This document shows, piece after piece, positions 36,442 to 46,417 of a stretch of DNA of 64,000 bases. This DNA comes from an uncultured Candidatus Saccharibacteria bacterium (GTDB taxonomy: Bacteria; Patescibacteriota; Minisyncoccia; Phycocordibacterales; JACOZG01). Where the stretch lies: the NCBI GenBank assembly GCA_964448295.1, contig CAYUVV010000002.1, forward strand, positions 19,081 to 83,080. Direction: 5' to 3'. The stretch's first letter is position 1; each line of letters begins with the position of its first letter. The notes beneath the pieces are model-generated. The model had not been told where the DNA came from. It did no database searches and saw only the letters and a list, made by a program, of their open reading frames with translations. The translations under genes and the position numbers were made by a program.

Positions 36442-38297
36442 AAATGCCTCGGCGGCTTTTGGTTTTTGGCGGTTTGGCAATAACAGCGGGAGCGTGGTTT
36501 TTTGCTGGCCAACCAGCGGCGGCGGATTGGGTTCCGCCACTTGATTACCCGCCTTTTTGCACCACGAGCCAACCCGGCTGTTTTCTTCCCATTGAGCCGT
36601 CGGGTATTTCCCAATTGAAGTTGGGATCGCTGGGAGTAAGTTCGCTTAACCTGCACAACCGACCCAATACGGCCGACAATTTCGATTTTTACGCGAGCGT
36701 TTTAGGTGTTGGTAACAATTTTATTAACAGCACCAATGGCGCGCCCAAGTACCCACTCGACGTCGAGGGCAATGTTCGGATCGAGCCGGGCGGGGGGGCG
36801 GTGCCGGTCGGGACGGCGCTCGAAGTTCTTCCTAACGGGGTGGACCCCGATGCGGGTGCTTTGGTTGGTTGGGGGAGCAAATATTTTTCTCTTTGGAGTT
36901 CAGCCAGCAACAGCTCGGCCAACAACGGCATTTATAATACCGACGGCGGTGGGGTGGGAGTGAGAACGGGCAACGCCAACCTCGTTAATGGTTTGACAGT
37001 GATGGGGGCGCTCGTTCGTTATGGCGGGACCGCGTTCGTGAATAACCTTTCCGGTTCGCCAACCACTCAAGTTAATTTGAGCACTCAAGGGCAAACCGGT
37101 GGCCAATATTCTTCTCTGCGCGGCGGGTATTTGAACCAAGCGACGGCCAATTATTCCACCGTGATCGGCGGTCGCTCCAATCAAGCCACTGGCGCCAACT
37201 CTTTTGTTGGTGGCGGGCAGGGTAATCGCGCCGTTGGCGTTTACTCGTCGGTGGTCGGTGGTAGTTCCAATCAGGCCAACGGCAATCGTTCGTTTGTTGG
37301 TGGTGGGCGGTCGAACATTGCCTCGGCCCTCGGGACCTATTCCGCGGTGGGTGGTGGCCAATCAAACGTGGCAAGTGGCGCGGGGGCGGTAGTGCTCGGC
37401 GGCCAATCAAACACCGCGAGTGGTGCGAGCTCGGCCGTGCTTGGTGGACGGAGCAATATCGCGAGCGGTAATTATGCCGCCGTGCTCGGCGGCCAATCAA
37501 ACACCGCGAGCGGGATTAATTCGGTCGTGCTCGGCGGCCAGAATAACACCGTGACCACCGCTTACGCCGCCGCCGGTGGCCGCTTAATGCGGGTTGGTTC
37601 GGTGGGGACGTTCGCTTGGGGAAATAATCGCGCTGAGATCGCCGCCAACACCGCCAACTCATTTATTGTACAACCTGATTTCGGCGCCGGTTCCGGCGCC
37701 GTGCCATCTTGGGGTTATGCCGAAGGAGCGATGATGATCGGCACCTCCACACCCTTTACGGCCGGTTACGATGTTCGTCTAAATGTTGATGGGCCGATAG
37801 TGATTCGAGGTGTTACCGGCGCCCTACCGCAGGTTGGCGCGCGATTGACGGCGATTGACGATGCAGGCAGAGCGACCTGGCAAATGCCCCCGGCCTCGCC
37901 GCAGACCACCTACGGCGGCTCAGTTTTTTATATGCGGCGCCAGGACCAAGCTGGCGATCCGATTTCCTGTCCGGCTTATTGGTGCGATGCGAGCAATGGA
38001 GCCGCCGGTTGTGCCGGCACTCCTGGCCAGCCGCCGGCCGCCCAGCCAACAATGACGGAAAAAAGTGGCGGTTTCTCCAACAGCGTGCGGGTTTGTTATC
38101 GCGACGATAAGCGAGTAAGGGCGGTGATGACTACCGCTGAATGTGTGCTTGGGTGCGGTGGCAGCGAAAACGCTCCGCCTAATTGCCCGAGCGGTTTTAC
38201 ATCGGTTTATTCCAACTATAATCAGGGTGGTGAGTATCTTTTGGGAAACTTAATCAAGACCCGCGTCTGTTTGAGTACCGGTTATAACACGCCATGA
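36420..38297 (+). CDS. Second secreted Hep_Hag/YadA-head repeat protein, paralog of the upstream gene; stop overlaps the pilB start (ATGA)
   Basis: Signal peptide. N-terminal PFCTTSQPGCFLPIEPSGISQLKLGSLGVS. Long run of ATGANSFVGGGQGNRAVGVYSSVVGGSSNQANG... repeats. C-terminal CPSGFTSVYSNY...RVC. Confidence 0.7.
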   Translation: MLQAKYLKMPRRLLVFGGLAITAGAWFFAGQPAAADWVPPLDYPPFCTTSQPGCFLPIEPSGISQLKLGSLGVSSLNLHNRPNTADNFDFYASVLGVGNNFINSTNGAPKYPLDVEGNVRIEPGGGAVPVGTALEVLPNGVDPDAGALVGWGSKYFSLWSSASNSSANNGIYNTDGGGVGVRTGNANLVNGLTVMGALVRYGGTAFVNNLSGSPTTQVNLSTQGQTGGQYSSLRGGYLNQATANYSTVIGGRSNQATGANSFVGGGQGNRAVGVYSSVVGGSSNQANGNRSFVGGGRSNIASALGTYSAVGGGQSNVASGAGAVVLGGQSNTASGASSAVLGGRSNIASGNYAAVLGGQSNTASGINSVVLGGQNNTVTTAYAAAGGRLMRVGSVGTFAWGNNRAEIAANTANSFIVQPDFGAGSGAVPSWGYAEGAMMIGTSTPFTAGYDVRLNVDGPIVIRGVTGALPQVGARLTAIDDAGRATWQMPPASPQTTYGGSVFYMRRQDQAGDPISCPAYWCDASNGAAGCAGTPGQPPAAQPTMTEKSGGFSNSVRVCYRDDKRVRAVMTTAECVLGCGGSENAPPNCPSGFTSVYSNYNQGGEYLLGNLIKTRVCLSTGYNTP

Positions 38298-40048
38298 CGG
38301 CCGACAACGAACGGCTAAAAGTTTTTCTCCGCGATGCCGGCTTAGTAGGGGAGAAGGATTTGACGGCCCTGATCGAGAAAGCGGAATCATCCGGCCAGCC
38401 GCTCGATCAGGTACTCCTTGCCAGCGGCAAGGTCTCGGAAGACGAGTTCCGGCGCCTGCACGCCTATCTCCTCGGTATCCCTTTTATCAGTCTACGGAAT
38501 TTGAAGGTGCCGCGCGACGTTCTTTTTTTGATTCCGGAACCGATTGCCCGTCGGCACAACATCGTGGCTTTCAATCGCCGCGGTGAGGTGCTTGAGGTGG
38601 CAATGCTTGATCCAGAGGATCTCGCTTCAATCGAGTTTATCAAGAAAAAAGTTGGTTTGAAAATCCAGTCGCGGTTAACGGACACCGAGTCCATCCGCAA
38701 CCTCCTCCTCCAATACCAGAAAAGTTTGAAAGCCGAATTTGGCGACATCATTCAGCGCGAAACGGCAGCGATCGAGACGAGCACCGCGCGGGGCGGAGCG
38801 GAGCTTGAGGCCAGCCCGAGCGAACTGAAAAAATTGGCCGAGGGTGTACCCGTCGTTAAGATCGTCGACACCCTTTTGTCGCACGCGATTATCCAAAAGG
38901 CGTCCGACATTCATCTTGAGCCCTACGAAAAAGAATTGGTGGTGCGCTATCGCATTGACGGCGTGCTCCACGACGCGATGATTTTGCCGATAATATTGGC
39001 CGCCGGTCTGACGGCGCGAATTAAAATTTTGGCCAACTTGCGTCTGGACGAGAAGCGTTTGCCACAAGATGGCCGTTTCAAGATCGAGGCGCCGGAACGG
39101 GTGTCGTTTCGCGTTTCCGTTTTGCCTACGTACTATGGCGAGAAGGTGGTAATGCGTTTACTGCCGGATACGGTCGAGGGGTTTACTTTGGAGCAATGCG
39201 GTTTTCACGGTGGCGGTTTAGAGCGCTTGCACGAGGGGATGAATTATAAAGCCGGGATGATCCTTGTGACGGGCCCGACCGGTTCGGGCAAATCCACCAC
39301 GCTCTACACCATTCTTGATATTTTGAATAAGCCCGACGTCAACATTTCCACGATTGAAGACCCGATCGAGTATCAGATCAAGCGGATTAACCAAACTCAA
39401 GTTAAGCCGGATATTGGGCTGACATTTGCCGCCGGCCTTCGATCGTTGATGCGTCAAGACCCCGACATCATTATGGTGGGCGAGATCCGCGATGAAGAAA
39501 CGGCGAATCTCGCCATTAACGCCGCCCTCACTGGCCACCTCGTGCTCTCGACCCTGCACACCAACTCGGCGGCGGCCACCGTGCCGCGTTTGCTTGATAT
39601 GGGCGCGGAGGCCTTCCTTTTGGTTTCTACCCTTCGGGTCGTGATCAGCCAGCGTTTGGTGCGCAAATTGTTGCCCACGCGGGAAAGTTATTTCTTAAAC
39701 AAAACGGAAACAAAAATATTGGGCGAGAAGGTTGATCTGGGGCGCGTGCTTGAGGCCTTGCGGAGAGAGCGAGTGGTGTCGCCGGACGCCACCTGGGAAA
39801 AAATCCCCTTTTATCGTCCCAAGCCGTCCGACGAATCAACAGACGGTTTTGCTGGGCGGGTGGGGATTCACGAGGTGATGAAAATTTCGCTCGCGGTGCG
39901 CGAGCTGATTCTTGCCGGCGCGAGTCATGACAAGATCGAAGCGCAAGCCAAGCAAGAAGGAATGTTTACTATGCTCGAAGATGGAATTTACAAAGCGGCG
40001 CAGGGTATTACCAGTTTGGAGGAGGTTTATCGGGTGGTGTCAGAATAA
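38294..40048 (+). CDS. pilB: Type IV pilus assembly ATPase PilB (GspE family) with N-terminal GSPII_E_N domain
   Basis: Walker A GPTGSGKST. Asp box and His box. Typical PilB N-terminus. Confidence 0.9.
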   Translation: MTADNERLKVFLRDAGLVGEKDLTALIEKAESSGQPLDQVLLASGKVSEDEFRRLHAYLLGIPFISLRNLKVPRDVLFLIPEPIARRHNIVAFNRRGEVLEVAMLDPEDLASIEFIKKKVGLKIQSRLTDTESIRNLLLQYQKSLKAEFGDIIQRETAAIETSTARGGAELEASPSELKKLAEGVPVVKIVDTLLSHAIIQKASDIHLEPYEKELVVRYRIDGVLHDAMILPIILAAGLTARIKILANLRLDEKRLPQDGRFKIEAPERVSFRVSVLPTYYGEKVVMRLLPDTVEGFTLEQCGFHGGGLERLHEGMNYKAGMILVTGPTGSGKSTTLYTILDILNKPDVNISTIEDPIEYQIKRINQTQVKPDIGLTFAAGLRSLMRQDPDIIMVGEIRDEETANLAINAALTGHLVLSTLHTNSAAATVPRLLDMGAEAFLLVSTLRVVISQRLVRKLLPTRESYFLNKTETKILGEKVDLGRVLEALRRERVVSPDATWEKIPFYRPKPSDESTDGFAGRVGIHEVMKISLAVRELILAGASHDKIEAQAKQEGMFTMLEDGIYKAAQGITSLEEVYRVVSE

Positions 40049-40051
40049 TCA

Positions 40052-41266
40052 ATGAAATTTAAATTTCGCGCAAAAAATCAAGCCGGAGCGATGGTGGAGG
40101 GTGAGCGAGAAGCGGCTGATCGTTTGGCGCTTGCCCGCGAGTTGCGCCCCGGTGGCTTGACGCTGTTTTGGGCCGAACCCGTCGCCGCACCAGTTGGTTG
40201 GCAAAAACTGGTTGCTCGTTTGACCTTTGGCCGCGTTAAACTCAAAGACAAAATTTTGTTTGCTGGCAACCTGTCGTCAATGCTAGAAGCTGGGTTGCCG
40301 CTCGCGCGAACGCTTGATGTGATTGGGCGTCAAAACACCAACAAGGTGTTTCGGCCAATTCTCGAAACCTTGGCCCAAAAGATTCGCAACGGCGAGAGTT
40401 TTAGTCAGGCGCTCGGTTCTTTTCCGGAAACTTTTCCGGCAGTGTTTGTGGCGATGGTTGCGGCTGGCGAAGAGTCGGGCAAATTGACGGAAGCGTTGGG
40501 AATTGTGCGCCGGCAAATGGAGCGAAGTTACAATCTGCGTCGGCGCGTGCGCGGGGCGATGCTGTACCCGCTGATCATCGTCATTGCCATCGTCATTATC
40601 GCGGTGTTGATGATGATTTTCCTCGTGCCGACACTCACTGGTTTGTTCACCGAACTTAAGGTTGATTTGCCCGTGAGTACGCGAGTAGTGATCGCGATTA
40701 GCAATTTTCTTGCCGGTTACCCGCTAATTTTTTTCCCCAGTTTAATCTTGGTGTTCGCCGCGGGTTGGCGTTTGAGTCGAACGCGTCGCGGCAAGCGTTT
40801 TCTGGCGAGCGCCTGGTTGCGTTTGCCGGTGATCCGCGACATCACGCGCCAGCTAAACTCGGCCGTGATTATGCGCACCCTGTCTTCCTTGCTCGCTTCG
40901 GGCGTGAGTATGGTGGAAACGATTAACATCACGCGCCAAGTGGTGCCTAACCCGTTTTATCAAGAGTCGCTCAATCAGGCGGTGCTCGAAGTAACGCGAG
41001 GTCAGCCATTATCAAAAATTTTTCGCGATTATAACCGGATTTATCCGCCGCTCGTGGGCGAGCTTGTGGAAGTTGGCGAGGAGACGGGCGATTTGCCGAC
41101 CTTGCTCCACAAGGGCGCTCTGTTTTACGAGGGCGAGGTTAATCAGTTGACCAAAAATTTGTCTACCGTGATCGAGCCGGTGCTGATGGTGTTCGTCGGT
41201 TTGGCGGTCGGATTTTTTGCTATTTCGATGATTTCCCCGATTTATTCGTTGTCCAGTAGTTTTTAA
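40052..41266 (+). CDS. pilC: Type IV pilus platform protein PilC (GspF family)
   Basis: Two GspF repeats. Polytopic. Confidence 0.85.
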   Translation: MKFKFRAKNQAGAMVEGEREAADRLALARELRPGGLTLFWAEPVAAPVGWQKLVARLTFGRVKLKDKILFAGNLSSMLEAGLPLARTLDVIGRQNTNKVFRPILETLAQKIRNGESFSQALGSFPETFPAVFVAMVAAGEESGKLTEALGIVRRQMERSYNLRRRVRGAMLYPLIIVIAIVIIAVLMMIFLVPTLTGLFTELKVDLPVSTRVVIAISNFLAGYPLIFFPSLILVFAAGWRLSRTRRGKRFLASAWLRLPVIRDITRQLNSAVIMRTLSSLLASGVSMVETINITRQVVPNPFYQESLNQAVLEVTRGQPLSKIFRDYNRIYPPLVGELVEVGEETGDLPTLLHKGALFYEGEVNQLTKNLSTVIEPVLMVFVGLAVGFFAISMISPIYSLSSSF

Positions 41267-41737
41267 ATGACGAGCAGTTACCGAGGATTGACGGCGGTGG
41301 AACTTCTCGTGGTGGTGGCGATTGTCGCGCTTCTCGCGACGGTAGTGATTATTCCGTTTCGTCGTTTTTACGAAGAACAATCTTTGCGGGCGGCGGCGGA
41401 AACGGCGTTGGCTTTTCTGGCGGAAGCGCGCGCGGCCACTCTGTCTTCGGCGGGCACGGTGGGCGAACAATACGGAGTTCAGTTTGAAAGTGATCGGCTG
41501 ATTAAATTTGCCGGCACCACTTATGGCGGTTTAGGGGCAAACGACGTCGAATATTTGTTACCCGACGGAATAGAACTGACGGGGCCCAGTCTCTCAAGCG
41601 GCGGACGCGAGATTGTATTTGCGCGGCTGACGGGCGCGGCGAGCGCCATCGGCACCATTACCTTTCGTCTGGTCTCCAATCACGGCCGCTTTATCACAAT
41701 CAGGGTTGAACAATGGGGGGTGGCTTATTTAGAATAG
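41267..41737 (+). CDS. Type IV prepilin/pseudopilin (class III signal, G|LTAVE)
   Basis: RGLTAVELLVVVAIVALLA matches the prepilin cleavage/methylation motif with Glu at +5. Confidence 0.8.
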   Translation: MTSSYRGLTAVELLVVVAIVALLATVVIIPFRRFYEEQSLRAAAETALAFLAEARAATLSSAGTVGEQYGVQFESDRLIKFAGTTYGGLGANDVEYLLPDGIELTGPSLSSGGREIVFARLTGAASAIGTITFRLVSNHGRFITIRVEQWGVAYLE

Positions 41738-42222
41738 TGGTTATGAGGTCACGCGGGCGAGGATTTGGTTTGGTGGAGGTGGTCGTCGGCGCGGCGATCA
41801 TCGCGGGACTTGTGGTGGGCGGGGCCTCGGCTTTAGCGCGTTTAACGCGGACGGCGCAGGTTACTTGGCAGGAGAGTCGGGCCTCGTGGTGGCTCGAAGA
41901 GGGAGCCGAGGCTGTTCGCTGGTGGCGAGACGCCGCTTGGGCCAATGTGAGTGATCTGCAGCCGGGGACGCGCTATTACCTAACTTGGTCGGGGAGCAAT
42001 TTTGCCACCAGCACCACCGCGACGCCCCTTAATCCAATTTTTACCCGTTGGCTTGAAACGGCCGAAGTTTACCGCGATGGCAACGGTGATGTCGTGTCGA
42101 GCGGCGGGACGCTTGATCCCGAAACGCGGTTTATTACGCTTGCCGTGGAGTGGTCCGATTTTACCGGCGGGTTGAGAACCAAAAATCTGTCCTTTTATTT
42201 GACCAACTTGTTTGACAGTTAG
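41713..42222 (+). CDS. Type IV pseudopilin/minor pilin (G|FGLVE)
   Basis: RGRGFGLVEVVVGAAIIAGL. Confidence 0.75.
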   Translation: MGGGLFRIVVMRSRGRGFGLVEVVVGAAIIAGLVVGGASALARLTRTAQVTWQESRASWWLEEGAEAVRWWRDAAWANVSDLQPGTRYYLTWSGSNFATSTTATPLNPIFTRWLETAEVYRDGNGDVVSSGGTLDPETRFITLAVEWSDFTGGLRTKNLSFYLTNLFDS

Positions 42223-42739
42223 AATGTTTAAATTTATTCATCGTCGCTCCGCCGCTGGCTTCACTCTGCTTGAGGCCTTGATCTATGCCGCCCTGACGAC
42301 GATTTTGCTCACGGCGACCATAACACTCTTTCTCTCTTTTTCTCGCACCTTCGCTGATTATCGTTTAGGCCGGGCACTCAACCACTCGGCTCGGATCACT
42401 CTCGAATCGTTTGCGCGCGAGGTGCGGCGGGCGGCGAGCGTTGATCTTGGCCAGAGCACTTTTGCGAGTCATCCCGGGCGGTTGGTGTTAAACGATGCTC
42501 TCGGGCATACCCAGGCCGATTTTACTTGGCAAGACGGGACGATTTTCTTAGCGACGGATGGTGGTGCTATGGCATCCACGACGGCCGCCCGAGTGACGGC
42601 GACGAATGTTGTTTACCACTACTTAAGTTCCAACGCGTCGACCGCCGTTCGTCTGGAATTGACCCTCACGGCGAACCAGGGCGATTTAATTAAGAGCGAA
42701 AACTATAGCGCCACCGCGGTTTTGCGCGGTGCCTATTGA
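42212..42739 (+). CDS. Type IV pseudopilin/minor pilin (G|FTLLE)
   Basis: AAGFTLLEALIYAALTTILL. Confidence 0.75.
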   Translation: MTVRMFKFIHRRSAAGFTLLEALIYAALTTILLTATITLFLSFSRTFADYRLGRALNHSARITLESFAREVRRAASVDLGQSTFASHPGRLVLNDALGHTQADFTWQDGTIFLATDGGAMASTTAARVTATNVVYHYLSSNASTAVRLELTLTANQGDLIKSENYSATAVLRGAY

Positions 42740-44504
42740 CCAAACTATGCGAAAAACCGAATTAACAACACGCGGCGGCCAAGTAATTTTGGCGACAGTG
42801 TTGGCTGTGATTATGGCGGCGACGGTAATGGTCGGCGGTTTGGCCTGGCCGGTGGTGCGCGAGTTTAAGGCGGCGCGCGAGGTTTATCAATCGCGAGCCA
42901 GTTTTTTCGCCGCTGAATCTGGTTTGGAAGATGCCTCGTTTCGCATCAAGCGCGGTTTGCCTTACTTATCCGCTTATACGCTGGCAGTGGGATCAAATCA
43001 GGCGGAAATCCGGATTGAGGGAACTGGCCACCTTCGTACCGTGCAATCGGTCGGCGAGGCTGCCACGCGCTTCCGGCAGTTGGAATCCAATCTTAGTCTC
43101 GACGAGACGAGCGCCGAATTTTTCTACGGCGTGCAGGTGAGCGATGGCGGGGTGCAAATCGCCAATAACGCGCGCGTTTTGGGCAACGTTTATTCCAACG
43201 GTAATATTATTGGTAGTAGTAGTGGTTCGGCGTTTATCTCGGGTGACGCGGTGGTGGCCGGCGGCTTGAATTACCCGCCGAACGTTAATTTCGCCGCTCA
43301 CAACAACGATCAACTGTTCGCCAATCTTAATTCGCAAGAGGATTTGGCCCAACCCTTTGTGGCACCGGTGAGCGGCGTCCTGTCTCGGGTTTCGGTGTAT
43401 CTCGCCAAGGTTGGTAATCCCAACACCATCACACTTAAAATTGCCGCTAATAGCGCCACTGATGGTGGTACGCCGGGTGGAACCATCAGCGGCGGTTCGG
43501 CGTCTGTCGCCGCCGCGGGAGTTGGCACCACGCCTTCTTGGGTGCATGTGGCGTTTGCTTCACCACCAACGCTGGTTGCTGGCACCAAATATTGGATCGT
43601 GTTGGACGCAAGCACGGTGAGCGCGATTAATCATTGGAATTGGCGCAAGGATAATAGTACGGGCGAGTCGGGCAGTAATACTTATAAATCATGGAGCAAT
43701 ACTGCCCGGAGATGGTCATCGCCCGGCACCGGTTTTCTCGCTCATCAAGTGTGGATCGGTGGGGCTAATACCCGAATTGAAAAAGTCACAGTTGGGGATG
43801 CTAACACTGGCACCGCCCGAGCGAACCAATTTGAGAGCGTTGTTGTTCATGGCGCTAGTTGCCCCAACAGTTACTGCGTAGTTGATAATCCACCACGCGC
43901 TGAATTGCCGATTTCCGACGGAACGATTCAGGATTGGCGCGATGCGGCGCTTTTGGGCGGAACCTGCGCCGCTCCTGTTTGCGACGCTGGTGGCAATTAC
44001 CACTTATCTAATGGCGCGAGTGGTAGTTTGGGACCTCTGTATGTCCCCGGCGATTTGGAGGTGGACAATAACGCCACCCTTACCCTTACAGGCACAGTGT
44101 GGGTGCGCGGCAATATTGATTTGTCTAATAATTGCCGTCTTAATCTTGATTCTGGTTATAGCCGCAATTCTGGCGTTTTGCTCGCCGATGGTAAGATCAC
44201 GGTTTCCAATAATTGCGGCCTTGATGGCTCGGGCGATCCCGACAGTTATTTAATGTTGCTGTCGGCGCTCGACGCGCCGAGCGAAGACGCGATTGTGGTG
44301 GATAACGGCGCGACGGGTGTAATTTATTATGCCGGCAAAGGTCGAATCCGTTTCTCCAATAATGCTTATGCCAAAGAAGCGACGGCCTACGGTTTGACGC
44401 TTGATAATGGCGCGACAGTCGAGTACGAAAGCGGGCTAGCCAACATCAACTTTACTTCCGGCCCCGGGGCCTCATTTGAATTACTTGATTGGTATGAATA
44501 TTAA
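42729..44504 (+). CDS. Large pilus-associated protein (591 aa), N-terminal TM helix but non-canonical prepilin motif; beta-helix-like repeats, possible tip adhesin or PilX/PilY-type
   Basis: TTRGGQVILATVLAVIMAATVMV lacks Glu at +5. Gly/Asn/Ser repeats (NNARVLGNVYSNGNIIGSSSGSAFISGDAVVAGG). Last gene of the pilus operon. Confidence 0.5.
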   Translation: MPIDQTMRKTELTTRGGQVILATVLAVIMAATVMVGGLAWPVVREFKAAREVYQSRASFFAAESGLEDASFRIKRGLPYLSAYTLAVGSNQAEIRIEGTGHLRTVQSVGEAATRFRQLESNLSLDETSAEFFYGVQVSDGGVQIANNARVLGNVYSNGNIIGSSSGSAFISGDAVVAGGLNYPPNVNFAAHNNDQLFANLNSQEDLAQPFVAPVSGVLSRVSVYLAKVGNPNTITLKIAANSATDGGTPGGTISGGSASVAAAGVGTTPSWVHVAFASPPTLVAGTKYWIVLDASTVSAINHWNWRKDNSTGESGSNTYKSWSNTARRWSSPGTGFLAHQVWIGGANTRIEKVTVGDANTGTARANQFESVVVHGASCPNSYCVVDNPPRAELPISDGTIQDWRDAALLGGTCAAPVCDAGGNYHLSNGASGSLGPLYVPGDLEVDNNATLTLTGTVWVRGNIDLSNNCRLNLDSGYSRNSGVLLADGKITVSNNCGLDGSGDPDSYLMLLSALDAPSEDAIVVDNGATGVIYYAGKGRIRFSNNAYAKEATAYGLTLDNGATVEYESGLANINFTSGPGASFELLDWYEY

Positions 44505-45270
44505 AAATAAAAAGCTGATCGTTGCGAATTGGAAGATGAATCCCGAAACTCCGCGCGAGGCGCAGGAGTTGTTGAGTCGGACGAAAGCGGTGGCCCGTCG
44601 CGCGCGGCGGGCGCAGGTGGTGGTTTGCCCGCCCGCGGTGTTTTTGAGCCGCTTGCGCGCCGGTGAGAATTTGCAACTAGGCAGTCAAGATGTTTTTTTT
44701 GAACCCGTTAGTTCCGGCCCGCACACTGGCGCCGTGTCTGCCGTTCAGTTGAAACACACCGGCGCCGAGTGGGCGCTTCTTGGTCACTCGGAGTCACGAG
44801 CGCGCGGCGAGACAGATGAATTGATCAATCGAAAAATTAAGGCGGCGCTAAAAGCGGGTTTGCGCATAATTGTCTGCGTGGGAGAACGAGCGCGGGATGC
44901 CGCTGGTGATTATCTGCAGGCCGTTCGTCAAAATTTGGAAGCGGCTACCGCGGATCTTCGTCGAGCAGACTTTACTCGTCTCGTCGTGGCTTACGAACCG
45001 CTCTGGGCGATTGGCGATCAAGCCGTCGGGGCCGATACCCCCGCCGGTTTTCTCGAGCAAGCCATTTTTATCCGTCGGGTGATGAGCGCTTATCTCTCAC
45101 CGCGGCAGGCGAGCGAACTCTCGGTTCTCTATGGCGGTTCGGTTGACGAAAAAAACGCTGCCGCTTTTTTGAGTGTGGCTGATGGCTTGCTTGTTGGTCG
45201 CGCCTCGTTGCGAGCCGACAAATTTTCGTTGATTGTGCGGGCGGCCGACGAATTGCCAAACAATGCTTGA
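44494..45270 (+). CDS. tpiA: Triosephosphate isomerase
   Basis: ANWKMN, GHSESR and catalytic EPLWAIG. The ORF track starts 6 codons earlier. Confidence 0.9.
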   Translation: MNIKNKKLIVANWKMNPETPREAQELLSRTKAVARRARRAQVVVCPPAVFLSRLRAGENLQLGSQDVFFEPVSSGPHTGAVSAVQLKHTGAEWALLGHSESRARGETDELINRKIKAALKAGLRIIVCVGERARDAAGDYLQAVRQNLEAATADLRRADFTRLVVAYEPLWAIGDQAVGADTPAGFLEQAIFIRRVMSAYLSPRQASELSVLYGGSVDEKNAAAFLSVADGLLVGRASLRADKFSLIVRAADELPNNA

Positions 45271-46417
45271 TCTCAAGCGTTTCTCGCTCTCCCAACTGGA
45301 ACATCAAGACCTTGCGGGCCAGCGGGTTTTGGTGCGACTTGATCTCAATTTGCCGTTAGCTAACGGCCAAATCACTGACGATTTTCGTCTGGCACGGAGT
45401 TTGGGCACTTTGCGGTTTTTGCTTGCGCGCGGTGCGAAGGTTTTGGCGGTGAGTCATCTAGGTAGTGACCCGCGCGCCTCGCTGTCGGGTGCCGCTAAAG
45501 CGTTAAATCAATATCTGCCGACCGAGTTTGTGCCCGACTGGAGAGACGGATTGCCCGCCGCACCGCGCAATCGGCCGTCGGGCGCTATTTGGCTGTTGGA
45601 AAACCTGCGCCGCGATCCGGGTGAGGAAACGAATGACCCCGCTTTCGCTGGTTCTTTAGCCGCCCTGGCTGATATTTTTGTTAACGAGGCTTTCGCCGTT
45701 TCGCACCGACCGCACGCTTCCGTTGTGGGTCTGCCTCGTCTCCTCCCGTCTTTTGTGGGAGAAAATTTTGCCGCGGAAGTGGCTGGGTTGTCGGGTCTTT
45801 TTTCTCCTGCCCACCCCTTCATCATTATTCTTGGCGGGGCCAAGTTTGGCACCAAACTTCCTCTGGTGGAAAAGTTTTTGCCGTTAGCCGATAAGATTTT
45901 TATCTACGGCGCGCTGGCTAACGTTTTTTTCCGTTCTCTGGGGATCGAGACCGGCCAATCTTTGGTGGACGGTGGAGCCGTGATTGATCGTAATCTTTTG
46001 CGCCACCCCAAAATCATTTTGCCGGTGGACGTGCGCGTGCGGGTTGGCGCTCGGGTAGCTATTAAAAAACTGTCGGCGATTGAAGCGTCCGACAATATTC
46101 TCGATATCGGCTTGGAGTCAATCGAAAAATTGGTGGATGAGATCGCGTTGGCCCGCACGATTCTCTGGAATGGTCCAGTGGGATTGTGCGAGCAAGGTTT
46201 CACCGGTGGAACGAAATCTTTGGCTCAACTTGTGGCCGCGAGCCGGGCCCGTACCGTTATCGGTGGCGGCGACACCGTCGCCGCCGTGGCCGGCCTCGGC
46301 CTGCTCGATCAATTCGGTTTCGTCTCTACCGGCGGCGGTGCCATGCTCGATTTTCTTGCTCGGGGCACTCTCCCGGGGATTGAGGCCTTGGCTCAATCGC
46401 CCACGTTTAAAATTTAA
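45263..46417 (+). CDS. pgk: Phosphoglycerate kinase
   Basis: VRLDLNLP...KVLAVSHLG. The internal Met (MLDLKRF) is the likely start; the ORF track starts at 45233. Confidence 0.9.
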   Translation: MLDLKRFSLSQLEHQDLAGQRVLVRLDLNLPLANGQITDDFRLARSLGTLRFLLARGAKVLAVSHLGSDPRASLSGAAKALNQYLPTEFVPDWRDGLPAAPRNRPSGAIWLLENLRRDPGEETNDPAFAGSLAALADIFVNEAFAVSHRPHASVVGLPRLLPSFVGENFAAEVAGLSGLFSPAHPFIIILGGAKFGTKLPLVEKFLPLADKIFIYGALANVFFRSLGIETGQSLVDGGAVIDRNLLRHPKIILPVDVRVRVGARVAIKKLSAIEASDNILDIGLESIEKLVDEIALARTILWNGPVGLCEQGFTGGTKSLAQLVAASRARTVIGGGDTVAAVAGLGLLDQFGFVSTGGGAMLDFLARGTLPGIEALAQSPTFKI

